Below, piece by piece: positions 43,892 through 58,100 of a stretch of 64,000 nt of DNA. Numbering within the stretch: the first letter of the stretch is position 1; each line of letters opens with the position of its first letter. Position numbers and translations under genes: made by a program. Source of the DNA: Eledone cirrhosa (lineage: Eukaryota); the NCBI GenBank assembly GCA_964016885.1, contig OZ024741.1, positions 348,936,001 to 349,000,000 on the forward strand. Reading direction: 5' to 3'. The notes under the pieces are model-generated. The model saw only the letters and a program-made list of their open reading frames with translations. It ran no database searches and was not told where the DNA came from.

Positions 43892-44610
43892 CTGGAAAAA
43901 AAAAATAAAGATTAAATTAATGATGTTGATACTGCTGCTGTCGTTTTGTTGAAAGGTGGATAAGAGTGGCAAGCATGGTCCAAGAGAACAGGCCAGCCAA
44001 GAGTATACACCTAAAAATCGGAACTGAATAAGTGGGAGAAGTCTCTTGTGCTAGCGGGAAGGGCAACTGGGTTTTTAAAGGGAGGGGTGAGGGGTTTCCA
44101 CGCTTAGTCCAACGAAGTCTCCTCTCTATTGAGGAATACTCAGTTATAGCCCTTGGCAGTAGAGACTTCTGGTGTCTTTGGCCCTAGGGCTACCTCCCTA
44201 CTTACCAGCATAGGTGCTGAGCTGGCCAGCCGCAGGTTTGAGCCTCGCGAGATGGAATGGCTCTTCTAGCGCATCTCCCTTACCATCCTCCGGGGAAACA
44301 CCTCCATTCTGTCCGCCGGGGCTGTGGGGCGGCAGTACGTAGAACCCCATTTGCTCATAAAAGTGAGAGATGAGTAGGGCGAGAGAGATGAAGGCGATAA
44401 CAGTGGGAGTTCCGCTCTTCCATGTGTGGACACATTAGTAAGCACTTAGAATTTAGTTTATTTAACATTGTATTGTTGTCTCTTCTTTTTCATTTTCCTT
44501 AAACTTACTTATTCGGAAAACCCATACACTCACATGTATTCCCTTCTCCTCGACAATGTCCACACGCAATTAATGTTTCGTTCGTTGACATCTTTAATGT
44601 TTTCTTCATG

Positions 44611-44774
44611 TAAGCCCAGCGGAACGGGAAGATTTTCACGACGGCTTACTTTTTGCCGTCATCCAGGCCATGCATTATGATCTCAAAGCTTACTTCAACG
44701 GGAATCATAATGCATGGCCTGGATGACGGCAAAAAGTAAGCCGTCGTGAAAATCTTCCCGTTCCGCTGGGCTTA
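44611..44774. repeat. Perfect 71-bp inverted repeat with 22-bp spacer
   Basis: 44611-44681 is the reverse complement of 44704-44774; followed by (TA)n. Confidence 0.9.
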
Positions 44775-44858
44775 TATATATATAGGCGAAAGCTTCTAAT
44801 TCAATTTTTAAATCCTGCTCGGCCTCTCCTAAACAAAGATATTTTGTTCTTATGTATG

Positions 44859-44952
<94 letters not shown>

Positions 44953-45140
44953 GTCTGTGTGTGTATACTATGTTAAATACCAATATATATTCCATATGTA
45001 TAATGACCATGTTTGTCAGTAAATAAGCTCAATTGATCTTGATTCAAAGTCTCAATTATTTAAATTTAAGACATATGTAGAGAGAAATAACCTTGTATCG
45101 TTCTATAAACACATGGCATTTTGTACACATACATACAGAG

Positions 45141-45337
45141 CAGGGGTGTGCAACATATTCCATTGGCAGGCACATAACCCTATCAGTGAAGGTCAACTAA
45201 CATAAAATTATATTACGGTTACGAAAGATTTTTTTAATAAGTCTAGAAGATAAAAATTAAAAACGGTCATCGCGTGTCACTCAGACTAGTATGGTGGGCC
45301 GGATTGTGGCCCGTGGGTCGCCTGTTGCACACCCCTG
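45141..45337. mobile_element. hAT-type MITE
   Basis: 14-bp TIR CAGGGGTGTGCAAC; 8-bp TSD ATACAGAG/ATATAGAG. Confidence 0.85.
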
Positions 45338-45586
45338 ATATAGAGCAAATAACATTCAGAAAAGTAAACGTAATTTAAGTCATGACTTTTTACCATCCTA
45401 AAGTGTCTATCTATTCCTGAGTATTATTTGCTTTCTCTATATATATATGAGTACAAAATGTTATGTATTTTTCAAACGATGAAGGCTTCTTTCCCTCTAC
45501 ATATATCTTTTAAATATAATTATATATATATATATATATGGGAGGGTCATATATATATATAGAAATATATAGATATATAGATATAT

Positions 45587-46090
45587 ATTGGAGGGTCATG
45601 CTGCCAATGAAAACACAGGCACCTGTTGGTTTTCACTTTAAATTTATTATAAATTTCCGGTTGGTTCGTTAGTTTGTTCGATAACCGGATGGTGGTTTAT
45701 ATATATAGTCAAAGCTCTTTCGTCACACATTATGTGACCTCCTCAATGAGTGGGTTTTTATTTTGTGTCGTCTCTCCTTTGTTCTGTCCTACACCATCGT
45801 GTTGACATAAGAAACAAGATGGTTTAGGACAGAACAAAGGAGAGAGATAAAATAAAAACCCAGTCACTGAGGAGGTCACAGAATGTGTTACAAAAGAGCT
45901 TTGAGAATATATAAACAACCATCCGTTTATCGACCCAACCAAACAACCGGAAATTTATAATAAATTGAAATGAAATCCAACAGGTGCGTGTGTTTTCATT
46001 GGCAGCATGACCCTCCCAAAGTATAACAATATCTGTTTCAATGCACGTTTTCAGATAAGAAATCTTGCAAAAGAAATTTCAAAAACGAAA
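45587..46090 (+). mobile_element. Fold-back pLTR, same family as 26208-26950, with a decayed HHR in each arm
   Basis: HHR remnants at ~45705-45750 (-) and ~45862-45906 (+). Confidence 0.75.
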
Positions 46091-46096
46091 TATAAA

Positions 46097-46213
<117 letters not shown>

Positions 46214-46448
46214 CTGGTTGTGTGTGTGTGTATGTTATGTATGTATGTTTTTGCATGAGTGTTTGTGTTTGTGTGATTTTCTTCATGCCTGTGCGTGAGT
46301 GGAGCTATACAAATCACTTTTTCTTTTTTCCTGCTTGTTGTTGTTGTTGTATATTTTGTTGTATTTGCTAGGTCTGGGGTAATGGAGACTGGCGTTCCTC
46401 ATATATGTGAATATGAAAACATGAAAATCGAAATTGCTAGATACTCAC

Positions 46449-46487
46449 AGAGCCGCTTCTGTTAAGTTGTTGACAATTATCGTAATA
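46449..46487 (-). CDS. Candidate 39-nt ferritin micro-exon (YYDNCQQLNRSGS)
   Basis: Acceptor TTTTGTATTTACAG, donor GTGAGT, phase 0/0, open frame; DxC resembles the start of the yolk-ferritin insert (recalled, not aligned). Confidence 0.65.
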
Positions 46488-46598
46488 CTGTAAATACAAA
46501 ATAATACAACATATTGTCATGTTTATTTATCCAGAATATCAAAGTATATTACCACAAAAGTCAAAGCATTGAACTTCAACGAAACAAAATACTATTTG

Positions 46599-46680
<82 letters not shown>

Positions 46681-46712
46681 ATGCGTGTATATATATATAT
46701 ACATATATATAT

Positions 46713-46783
<71 letters not shown>

Positions 46784-46789
46784 TGTTGA

Positions 46790-47330
46790 GTATATGTTGG
46801 TTGTATACCAACACCTCAGTATGCAGGCTGGAGCACTCGACGAAGTGCGCAGGTTGGTTTGGTTACTCCGGAGTAATGTAAAATAAAGTAAAATAAAAAG
46901 TCAAATGTTTAAAATTTAGCTTCGTTTATTACTGCTATATATATTTCGGTGACAGCCATCTTTGGCTGTGACCTCTTCAGGCAGTCCGAATTAGTGTGGT
47001 ATAGACAAGTACATATGTTGTTAAGGTGTATAATTTTGTCAATACTCTGATATGCCCAGTTCCTGGTTGGGTTGTTATTTCACTGAGGAACTGGAATCAT
47101 ATGAATTCAAACAAACGAATTTCAGTGTGAAAGGGCCTCTTCTCCTCTCATTGGTCAGTTGTTAGAACATTCCTCATTCAAAAGTCTATAGAAATTCGTT
47201 CTGAGGCAAGCCAATCTGTAGTTGTTGTTCGTGTTATTGTTTGGTACATCTGACCTCAATTCTTGTGTTGGTAGTGTTGTTATTGTTGGAGTTAGCTTAA
47301 AAAATGTTTAAGCTAACTCCAACAATAACT
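46790..47330 (-). mobile_element. Penelope pLTR, family B
   Basis: Matches 740-990; ends in a hairpin at ~47279-47328. Confidence 0.7.
46931..46985 (-). ncRNA. Minimal type-I hammerhead, intact core
   Basis: ACUGC CUGAAGA GGUCACAGCCA-aaga-UGGCUGUCACC GAAA UAUAUA UA GCAGU. Confidence 0.8.
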
Positions 47331-47532
47331 CCAACAATGAATGAATTGCAAACCTGGACTGCCGAAGCAGGAGCTGCGCCAGCAGTGACAATTGTAGTTT
47401 CGCCTATGGATTTTATTTTTGTGCAAAGAAGTGTTGAAATTTATTGTTTCACAGTACTTGCGCAACACGCGCGTAGACGATGCCAGCCGAACAACAGAGC
47501 TGCGATGGAGTTGTTCTGCATGGTTGTCTAAT

Positions 47533-47805
47533 GTGTTTTTTCTAAATTTGAGACAGTAGGGAGGGGTGTGATATGGGGGAGAGTTAGCTGCTGTTTCTAG
47601 CAAGTTTAGTGACGTCATAGAGGATATGTTTTCTAAATTTAAGACAGTAGGGAGTGGTGTGATATGGGGGAGAGTTAGCTGCTGTTCCTAGCAGGTTTAG
47701 TGACCTCATAGAGGATATGTTTTCTAAATTTAAGACAGTAGGGAGGGGTGTGATATGGGGGAGAGTTAGCTGCTGTTTCTAACAGGTTTAGTGACCTCAT
47801 AGAGT
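47533..47805. repeat. 91-bp tandem repeat, 3 copies
   Basis: GAGTTAGCTG at 47581, 47672 and 47763. Confidence 0.9.
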
Positions 47806-48344
47806 ATATTATTATGTATAGTAAATAAACTGATACTTCTTTCTTCCACGTTCGTTGAGAGGTTTTAAAAAAGATTTATCGCTATTTTTTTTGTTGTTGA
47901 ATAAATTTATCTGTTGCTTTTGAATAATTGTTGCTTCGTATGAAATGTAATAAGTTCTCTTTGTCATTGAAGTAAATAAATGTTTGACCGTTCCACACTC
48001 AAAAACAAACGTTCTCTCTCTCTCCCTCTCACTATCTTCTCTCTCTCTCTTCGGCGTTCCTAAAGGAAGTTTGTAAGCATGTATTTAGTTTTATCGAATT
48101 TTAAGGGGAGTAGAGAGTTGTAATCAGATTGTATTAGAGGGATAAAGCCTCATGTATTTAGTTTTATCGATTATTTCCGTAACTGTGGGTGAGTATGAAT
48201 GAAATAAATAGTTGTTGACCTAAGTTAAAGCATTTACAATATTCTTACAGACTTTCGGTTGAATCGGTTTGAAGTTGTGCAAATGTATAAACATCGAACA
48301 TGCATACACACACACAACAACAATCTGCCTTTTATAGATAATGA

Positions 48345-48405
<61 letters not shown>

Positions 48406-48408
<3 letters not shown>

Positions 48409-49607
48409 GGTGGGGCATAATTCCTGTTACAAAGTTTTAAATCAATTTAAAAATACATTATGTTGCTAATATAACTAATATATTTGTATCAAATCCATGC
48501 ACTATAACCATATTAACTATTTTTCAGAACATTACTCCATTAACAATTTGCAATGTCCATAGAATTGAAAAGAAAGTTCATAATAGAGAAGCATGAAAAA
48601 GGCCTGACTCCACCCAAGATATTTAAACTGGGGGAAATTCTTAAGATCAATAGAATGTTGATCAAGAGGACAATCGATCGATTTAAGGAAACTTCCTCGA
48701 TCAGAAAAATGGCAGAAGAAGCAGAAACATCGCCGAGAACTATGCGGAGGATATGTCGAGATGATCTTGGGATGTCACCCTATAAGTTCCAAAAGAGGGA
48801 GCTTCTTTCTGCAGCCACAATTGAAAAGAGGCTCTCAAGAAGTAAACTGTTATTGAACTGTATCAAGGATGGCACGCTGCAAAACATCATCTTTACAGAT
48901 GAGAAGTTATTCACTGTGCAGCAGTCTCACAATCATCAAAGTGATCGAGTACTTGCAAAAAGTCTAAAATCAATTCCTTCAAGTGTAGGAAAAGTGTTCA
49001 GAACACAGAAACCAGCATCAGTGATGATTTGGGCAGCCATTTCTGAAAGAGGTAAGTCTCCTCTGATTTTTGTGCCTCAAGGAGTTAAAATTAACAAAGA
49101 ACTTTGCATAAAGGATATTTTGGAAGGAGCACTGATGCCATAGTGCATATCTGTTTATGGCGATGACATTTGGACTCTCCAACAAGATGGAGCGACGAGC
49201 CACACTGCTTGCATAACACAACAGTGGTGTAGAGACCATTGTTCTGCATGGATCAGTAAGGAAGAGTGGCCTCCCACATCACCAGATCTCAACCCTCTCG
49301 ATTTTTCTTTATGGCCAATTCTTGAGAGTGAAACCTGCTCTACTCCTAGCCAAAATATTGAAACTCTAAAATCAAAACTGAATAAAGTATGGGAGAAAAT
49401 AACCATGGAAACTGTTCGTGCAGTCATCGAAGACTTTCCTAGAAGACTTCCAGTGGTGGTGAGAGTTAGAAGAAAGCATTTCGACTAAATGTTTGTGCAG
49501 TTATTTAATAGTATATTACTTACTATTTGTTGAAGTCAGATTTTGAAATAAATGTTTTTTTCAAGAACTATTTGCATTTTATTTTGTAACAGTTTTTATG
49601 CCCCACC

Positions 49608-49610
<3 letters not shown>
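48406..49610 (+). mobile_element. maT (DD37D) transposon with intact TIRs
   Basis: TIR CAGGGTGGGGCATAA..TGTTACAAA within (TA)n; transposase 48553-49488 with one in-frame TAG (49141); FTDEK, QQDGA and SPDLNPLD with 37 residues between D2 and D3; apparent deletion in the HTH region. Confidence 0.92.
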
Positions 49611-49639
<29 letters not shown>

Positions 49640-49644
<5 letters not shown>

Positions 49645-50450
49645 AAAAGGGAAGTAAGTATTTAAGGGTCTGCTTTTCTTTTTTTTTTTTCTTTCTTTGA
49701 TTCGTCAAATTGACATTATTGAAAAAATGAGTGGGACAATTCTTTGAAAAGAAAGAGTTTTATAATGTATATAAACTATATAAAGTATTACCGGTTTCGA
49801 TGTATTAGTAAAATTCATGTTATCAAATGTTAAGTATTACAATTAAAAAGAATTAATAAGGATTAAAAACTAAAAATTAAAGATTTAAAATTAAGTGTTG
49901 AGGTAAGTGTTTTCATATTCCTTGTTGAGAAGGAGGCTGGAAAATGAACTCTTGTGTATATATAGAGAGAGGGGTGGTAGTAGCAGCAACAGTGCTGGTA
50001 GTTGTGTTTCTTCACTTAGAACAAAATTATTTCTAGGGACAAAGGAAATATTCTGTAAATATGTGTGTATCTCAATTGTGTTAGTGGACTGATCAAGAGT
50101 TGAGATGGGGATGAGGAAGGGGGGAATTGTAAGCTAGAGCCAAATTGTATGCGATTGGCAACAGTAGGGTTGTAAAAGAAATTCTATTTTCGGAATATGG
50201 TTTTAAAGAGTGTGAGTGTGTATGTGCGAGAGTGTATATATAAAAAAATATTAATTCTTTTTAATTGTCATACTTAACATGTGATAAGATGAATTTACTA
50301 ATACAACGAAACCGGTTATACGTTATATACATTACATACATTATAAAACTCTTTTTTAAAGGAATTGTCCCGTTCCTTTTTTTTCAATAATGCCACTTCA
50401 ATGAATCAAAGAAGGTAAAAAAAAGAAAAACAGACATTTGAATAAATTTT
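49640..50450. mobile_element. Diverged fold-back with U3-A8-type HHR remnants
   Basis: 49787-49828 (-) UUGAUAA..CAUC GAAACCGGUA; 50281-50320 (+) GUGAUAAGAUG..GAAACCGGUU. Confidence 0.65.
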
Positions 50451-50473
50451 CCGTGCTATTTCCAATTTAACCT

Positions 50474-50604
<131 letters not shown>

Positions 50605-51119
50605 AAAAGAAAAGGAAACAGCCACGCAATCAATACAATACAATAATGAAATATATTAGTTTAACGTTTGCTGTAGTACCAAAAGAGTCGTAACGTTTCG
50701 GATAATAGGAGGAATAAAATAAGGAATAGAAAGATAGAAATTGAGAAAAGGAAGAAACGGATATATTTCAAAGAACAGTAAAGAGGTCTCATCTTCCTTT
50801 AGTTAAATGGTTTAAAGCGCCAAGCTGGTATCTGGGAGATATGGGTTTTAATTCCTCATTGCAGCCGATGACAACTTAATTTTGCGACTTTTAAAGGTCT
50901 TCGCCCTAATTTTTCACCTGTTTCACAGCATCTCTGCGCATGAGCAAATATGAACTCTATATTCTTGGCGGTTAAAATCGGTGAGATCGGTTGGGTATGT
51001 AATGTATGTTGGGTTTTGCAAGAGATGTCAACATGAATGGACCTGTTATTTTTATCTAAAGACATTTTTTTCCAATTCCATCACTCCCGTCCCATCAATC
51101 TATCTTATTTTTCATTCTT

Positions 51120-51155
51120 TCTTCTGACGAAGGACTAGCGTCCGAAACGTTAAGA
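51120..51155 (+). ncRNA. Minimal type-I hammerhead in diverged fold-back (~50600-51240)
   Basis: UCUU CUGACGA AGGAC-uagc-GUCC GAAA CG UU AAGA. Confidence 0.75.
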
Positions 51156-51246
51156 CCCTCTTCCTGCTATATCAAGCGTTAACCTAATATATCACTTCCA
51201 TATACTGTACCGATTGTGTTGTTATTTCTGTTTACCTTTTACATAC

Positions 51247-51324
<78 letters not shown>

Positions 51325-51326
51325 GT

Positions 51327-51380
<54 letters not shown>

Positions 51381-51410
51381 AGAAATGTCAAAATCAATAT
51401 TCCAGCTTAC

Positions 51411-51557
51411 CTTAATATCGTTGAAGATAACTTTACCGCCACGTTTGTTGATGTACGTTAATAGGTTGTCGGCATGGGTTCGTTCTTCAAGAGATTCTCT
51501 GGCAAAGAACTTGGTAAATCCGGGCAAAGCAATATCACTTCGCCCGAAAAAATATGA
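51411..51557 (-). CDS. Ferritin (yolk/secreted-ferritin-like) internal exon
   Basis: 147 nt, TTTCACAG acceptor, GTAAGC donor; SYFFGRSDIALPGFTKFFARESLEERTHADNLLTYINKRGGKVIFNDIK; same boundaries as the second coding exon of animal H-ferritins. Confidence 0.92.
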
Positions 51558-53975
51558 CTGTGAAATGAAAAGAGTAACGTTTAATATGGAATATATTGCG
51601 ATAACGGCACACTCTTCTGTGAAATAATCAGTCATTTATTCGTCACTTATGTGGAATATATTAAATATTAATATCGTTGGAAGAATCGGTATAGTGATAG
51701 ACGAAAATGTATTGTAGGATTTTCTACCGAAGTCAGCTCACCTTTTCCTGTTGAATTAAGAGGACGATGGTTTGAATAGTGACAATGTTCGGGCACTGTG
51801 GCTCTGACCAAGAGCATCAAGATCTGTAATAGCTCAGTAACACACTTGTGCAACTATCAATAAAAAATAAATCTACAGCCCAAATGAATGTTTCTCCTGT
51901 CACCTTAAAAGAAGTAAATGCATTTCTTGGTTGTGTTTTGAATCAGCCATATGTCAAAGACTGACTAACAATCATAACAGTTTTAGCAAGTCATTCATCT
52001 ACCAACTAGAGATACTCGATGCTGAAACCCTCCAACATAATTTAAGATATCTAGTGATTTAAGATAATTTAAGATATCTAGTGATACTCTGTCGATTAAA
52101 ACAAATTCAAAAACCTCGGAGTATATACATACATTGAGATTTATATATTCATATATGTATAGTCGATAGGGTAAATACCACGTTGGTATCTGACACGACA
52201 TAAGCCACGCCACATATTCTTTAGTCTGAACTAATAAATTATCCAGATAATGGAAAACGTTGATACGGAAACCTCGATATGTGGCAGAAGGCACACAGTT
52301 ATAAACTTTGTTTTCTTTTTATTTTATGGAAAAACTCTACGAGAACGCTCTCTGCTGTTTCAATATTAACTGTTCATTTTGCACTTGCTTTCACTGGTTA
52401 TTTAATTATGCAGTCTTAGACAGTGGTATACGAATCAAATGTCACTATATTTCAATGATTTAGAAATGTTTAATCACCTTATCGTATTCATGTTATTGTT
52501 TTTTTATGTGACCCTATCATCTAAATAGCTGAAGCAATCATCATGCACGCACGCATGTATATATTTGTGTTTGTGAACGATTATATCCATGACTATATGA
52601 GTATCTTTCTAAACATGTATATTTGTGTTCGCCTTATTTTGTAATTATTTGACGTATTAACAATAGACAAAGCTATATCCCATCTATCCCATCTATCCCA
52701 TCTATATAAATAGCAAAAATTGGATTAATATTTTGATTTAAAAACTTGGTTTTAGATGGTTTCTTATTCTTCACAGAAACCTTTTTCTCTAAAGGTTATT
52801 GCATAAATCCTCAGTAACATAACATAATGATCCAGCAAATAAAGATGAAACATATGGATAGAATAGCGGTAGGTTTCGACAGAGTTTTCCACAAATGCCT
52901 ACATATGCAAATCATTTAACTTCCACATCTATATATGGTTTACCGTCCGAAATAACTGTCTGAACTTATGTCTGCATGATTTGGTGTGTAATCTTCTACA
53001 AATATATCTTTGTATTGAAATGTATAAATCTATTCAATATTAGAAATATTTTTTTTTCATATTCATCCCAGGGATCTTTTCCCTACGGAGGGGATAGCGC
53101 ATTGTTGCAGCCACAATATCATGCCGGATAAGGAGGTATCATGGTCTTGGGTTCCATAACTTCTACAAATATATGACATAGTTCACCAAAAGGTGAATTT
53201 TATGGTTTCACATTCTCCATTGTGCAACTGATATTTTCAAGCTCCCTCATGCCGTTTGTTTGTAAAATCATACACGTCTGAATATGGGGTGGCTGGAGAA
53301 TGAGTTTTATCTTAATATTACCAACATTCTCAACATCCCAGTTGCTGGCTCATTGCTTAATTTTATAGTAAAGAGTCAAGAGAAAGTTTATCTGTTTTCC
53401 TCACCCGTTGTATTAACATGCATCTAAATTTTAATCGGGTCTTGCAGATTTTTATTTTCTCCTGTGAACTGATAATCTGAAATGTCCAATTGTGGCACAA
53501 GGCTGGAAATGTCGGGGAAAGGAAAGCCGATTAAATCGACCCCAGTACATGATGGATGTTTATTTTTATCGATCCCGGAAAGTTAAATCATTGACCTCGG
53601 CATGATTTGAACTCAAAACGCAAAGAAGAGGAACAATATAACTTCTGACGCTTTAGCGCCTCAATCAACCGTTCTTGGAATATCACTAATAATAATGAGT
53701 ATAAAGCTAAAAATTAATTTTCAATTGTAGATATGCAGACTCATCACTGACCAATATATGTCTTCTTTCTATCTAAATGTTTTACAACATTGACGGCAAA
53801 AGGGCAGCTAATATCCTGAACACTGCAATTTATTTTTTAAACTACTGTCCTAAAACACTAATATCAAGCCAGATATAGCTAAATGTGGCAGTTGTATTGC
53901 TTTCAGGTTCTGTAACTATATTTTATTATGATCAGTTGTTTTCTATTTCCTATTTTATACCGAATTCGAATCGCT

Positions 53976-54029
<54 letters not shown>

Positions 54030-54030
<1 letters not shown>

Positions 54031-54057
54031 AAATATGGAGAAGGAGCACACGAGTTG

Positions 54058-54131
<74 letters not shown>

Positions 54132-54770
54132 ATGAAAATAGGGAGAAAAAGACGATTATTAGGAAGAAAAATGTATTTTTTCCCTTTTATTTATGTTTAA
54201 AACAAAATATTTTACTTTGTGTGGAGTGTTAAGGTATTAGTTAATTTATTTATTAATTAACAATGGCATTTATTTATTTATATATTTAATAATTGTCTAT
54301 TACCGGTTTCAGCATTTTATGCATTATCAAAGGGGGAATTTATATTGGTGTAAAATGTTGGTGATGTTGATCATGTTAAGGAAACGGGGAAGAAAGAATG
54401 TTATTTACAAACAAGGTTTTTGAAGTGAAAAGAAAAATGAAAAAAAAGGGGGTAATGTGGAACATGATTAGGTAATGGGAAAGAAAAAATAATATTATTT
54501 ACAGGCATAGTTCTTGAAGATAAGCAGTTCAAAATCTGTTATTATGGCAAGAAAGCTTAGTTGATCCATGTTAGAGGCAATTATTAAATATATAAATAAA
54601 TAAATAAATAAATGCCATTGTTAAATAATAAATAAATTAACTACCTTAACACTTAAAAAGGTAAAATATTTTGTTTTAAATATTTTCTAACCCAGAAAAA
54701 AGAGAAAAAAATAAAAGGGAAAAAAAAAATTTTTCTTCCTAATAATCGTCTTTTTCTTCCTATTTTCATA
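54030..54770. mobile_element. Fold-back pLTR with U3-A8 HHR (~54297-54334, minus)
   Basis: Reverse strand UUGAUAA UGCA-uaaaa-UGCU GAAA CCGG UA; stem I weak; arms match 25845-26170. Confidence 0.65.
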
Positions 54771-55106
54771 TATATATATATATATATATTTCGTCTGTTC
54801 TCGCTGTGACTAGACGTTTTTCTCTTCGCTCTCCATCTTGCTGCTGATACGGATTCAGGAATTACGTTCGGTCTCCGTTTTAACTTCTCCCTCTTTCCCA
54901 CCGGTTACTGCAATAAAAAAAAATAATTTAAAAGGAATAATTATAAACGCACTGTGATGAGATGTTCTATCCTTAATGCGTCCAAACATCAGCGACCCAC
55001 AGAAGACAGCCGAAGAGTGGGAATTGCCCTTATGATTGTGTTTCTCTTAAGTTTTCTAAATAATATATCTATATCTATATGTATCTATCTATCTATCTAT
55101 CTATCT

Positions 55107-58100
55107 CGGAGAAGATAGACGTGTTTTTGTTTCGCTCCTGCATTTTGTCGGAATTTATTACGAGAAGCGGTAGGTTTGTTGTTTAACCCCTCGCCTGGGC
55201 CTGCAGACGTTGGTTAAAATAAATTTCGCCCATTTTTGGGGCGAAATTTAATAGTTATAAGTTGTCGATAAAAAGTTGTTTAGTGACAATGGACGCCATT
55301 AATACGACGCATGCCACGCCCCCCCAAGGAAAGTGATAGAGAGAAGGTAGCAGCACAACGCTGTAAGACTTCCCTCCTCACTCTCGCAAAAGACACCACA
55401 GAATCAAAAGAAAAGATTGTAGAAATGGGTGAAAACCCCAAAAGTAACAATTACACAAACAAGAACAACAATGGCAATAACAACACAACTAACAACAGCA
55501 ACAATGACAATACCAACAAAGGAAAAAAGCAGGCCAACACGAATAACAACAACAACAATGATAACAACACGAAAGAAAACTGACCCACAGCTGCAGTCTC
55601 CTTCGCACAGGAGGTCCGAGAAACGCAGACATACAAGGCACTGGACATCTCGAATGCCAAGCAATTGGTGGGTGCTAACGGGATTCTTAGAAGATGAGGA
55701 CACAATCCTTTCGATAGGCGAATCCACCGGGGGCGTATTCGGCGGCAATAGCCTTGAAGTTCTGGTCCAAATGAGACCAGAACGGATAGCAAGAATACCG
55801 CAGCGTGTCCCTGGATGGAGTCGCCTTCATAAATATTTCTGTTGAGGGCAGGCGGCCTTCATGCTACCACTGTTCAAGAAGTGGTCACCTGAGGGCTTCT
55901 TGTCCCCTTTTAAATGCACCCCCCAAAAGACGCTTCTGCCCACCCCACACACAACAACACAACCACCACTACCACCACTACCACTACCACAACAACAACA
56001 CGAAAAAATAACAACACAAGACACTGTCCCACCAACCCCTCCCAAACTAAAATCAAATACAAAAGCAACCACAACAAAACCCCAAAATATACCCCTCTCC
56101 AACAACACGGACAAGGACCCCTTATCAACGTCACCCAGTGACGACGAGGGAGAACCCTTTCAACCTTTAAAAAGAAAGAAAAGAAGGTACCACATTAACA
56201 AAAATGCAACAAACACAGAACCACCAGCACAAACAGAACAAACATCACAAACAAAAAAACCCACCCCTCCCGAAAACATAATACATACTACAAAACGCAA
56301 ACACACACAAGAACAACAAACAAAAACAAACACAACAAAAACAGTATACATACATCAACACAAACAACAAAACACTTGTGCAAACAATAGACAAAGACCC
56401 TTCGGTGGAAACCGAAGGGAAAATGTTCACCAACGCGGCGACTAAACCGCATTTAAAAATGAGTAGGGTCCCAAGGGACACCTACGCAATGCTCAAACAG
56501 AACTTTCCTGAGGACGTGGGGAACCCTGTACTAGACCTAGCAACCGCGTCCTCTTGAAATGTTTCCCCACCACCACCCCAGACACCCCTCCCCTACCAAA
56601 CACCCACACCCACCACATCCCAAACCACCACCCCACCAAACAATCCCACCGACACCCCCATGGAAATTGTGCAGCCTGGTCCCCAGGAGAAGGGCAGGTA
56701 GGTGTCTTTTCCTTTTTCTCCACTCTAAACTCTTCACCACCAACATGGCTGTTATAAGAGTTGGATGTTTAAATGTGCGCGGCCTGGGAATGTCCTGGAA
56801 GCAGGAAAAACACTTAAATGACCTCAGGTCGCACAAAATATTTGCGAGTCCAGGATCAGCAGCGAGCACCAACTGGCCCCCATCTTCGACGACTTTGAGA
56901 TCTATGCATCTCTCTGTCAGCCGGAGGGTGGGGGCGGGGTGGTCGTTTTGCTGCGAAAACACCTGGGCCTCGCAACACGGAAGGTACACCTGGACCCGGA
57001 GGGTCGACTGGTGGTTCTAGACGTAGGCAGTAGTGAAGGTGGAGCCTTCAGGCTGGTGGCAGCGTATGCCCCATCTGGGATACCGCGACCGGACTTCTTC
57101 CAACGCCTAGAGATTTTTCTGGGAACGTCTCGCTCCTTGCTTTTAGTGGGGGACTGGAATGGTATCCTGGATGCACGTTGGGACTATGTAGGGGCATGTC
57201 CCGATAGAGGGGATGTAACAGCCTCAAACGGTTAATCGGCCGATTTGATCTGGCCGATAGATATCGACTAGATTTTCCGACTGTGCCACTGTGGACGTGG
57301 ACTAATTTCAGCGGAACATCTAGGTCGTACCTAGATAGGTTCCTAGTTAGAAATAAGAATAGGGACATATTAAGCTGTCCACGAATGTTCATGGTTGACT
57401 ATTCGGATCACAAGTTGGTGATCGGAGTTGTCAACCTTGATAGAACCCATAGACAAGGACCCGGTTACTGGAAGCTAAACTTGTCCTTACCGACAAACAA
57501 AGCTTACAGTAAGCGGATTAGCAATCTAGTTAAGCAGTGGTTGACGGGGGCAATTTTAAACAGCAGGTGGTGGGGCTCTCTCAAGAGAGAAATTAGAATA
57601 GAATCGATAGGTTTTAGTCAGGAATTAGCATCAGATAGGAAGAGAACTGAAAGGGAATTGATAGATAGAGTAGAAGAGGCGATTAGGAGGGGCAACGTGG
57701 CCGGCGTACTCGCGTCAAGAACAGCCCTGGACCAGTTCTTTGACGCGAAGCACGAGGGCTGTGTTGTCAGGAGTAAAATACGTGCTCTGGGTAACGAGGG
57801 AGCCAAAGCTGTTAGCTGGGCCCGAGTGACAGAGGCAAAAAGAGGAAACAAGTCCACGATTCGGTCTTTGAAGGACCAGGATGGACACGTGATCCTTGAA
57901 CCTGAGCGGATGTGCGCGGCCTTTCAACGGCGCTTTGCACGACTGTTCGGGAGGGCGGCGGGCTGGGTGAGGCCATGGATTTCGGTCCATACCTCGACAG
58001 TCTACCGCGGCTCTCGGAAGGGGAGGCGAAGTCCTGCGAAAGACCGATTTCAGCCGCTGAAATAGGGGAAGCGCTGAGCCAGACGGCAAACGCAAATCTC

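Noticed and set aside
54945-54965. Iron-responsive element (CAGUGC on the minus strand)
   Set aside because: No supporting stem, and not next to an identifiable first exon.
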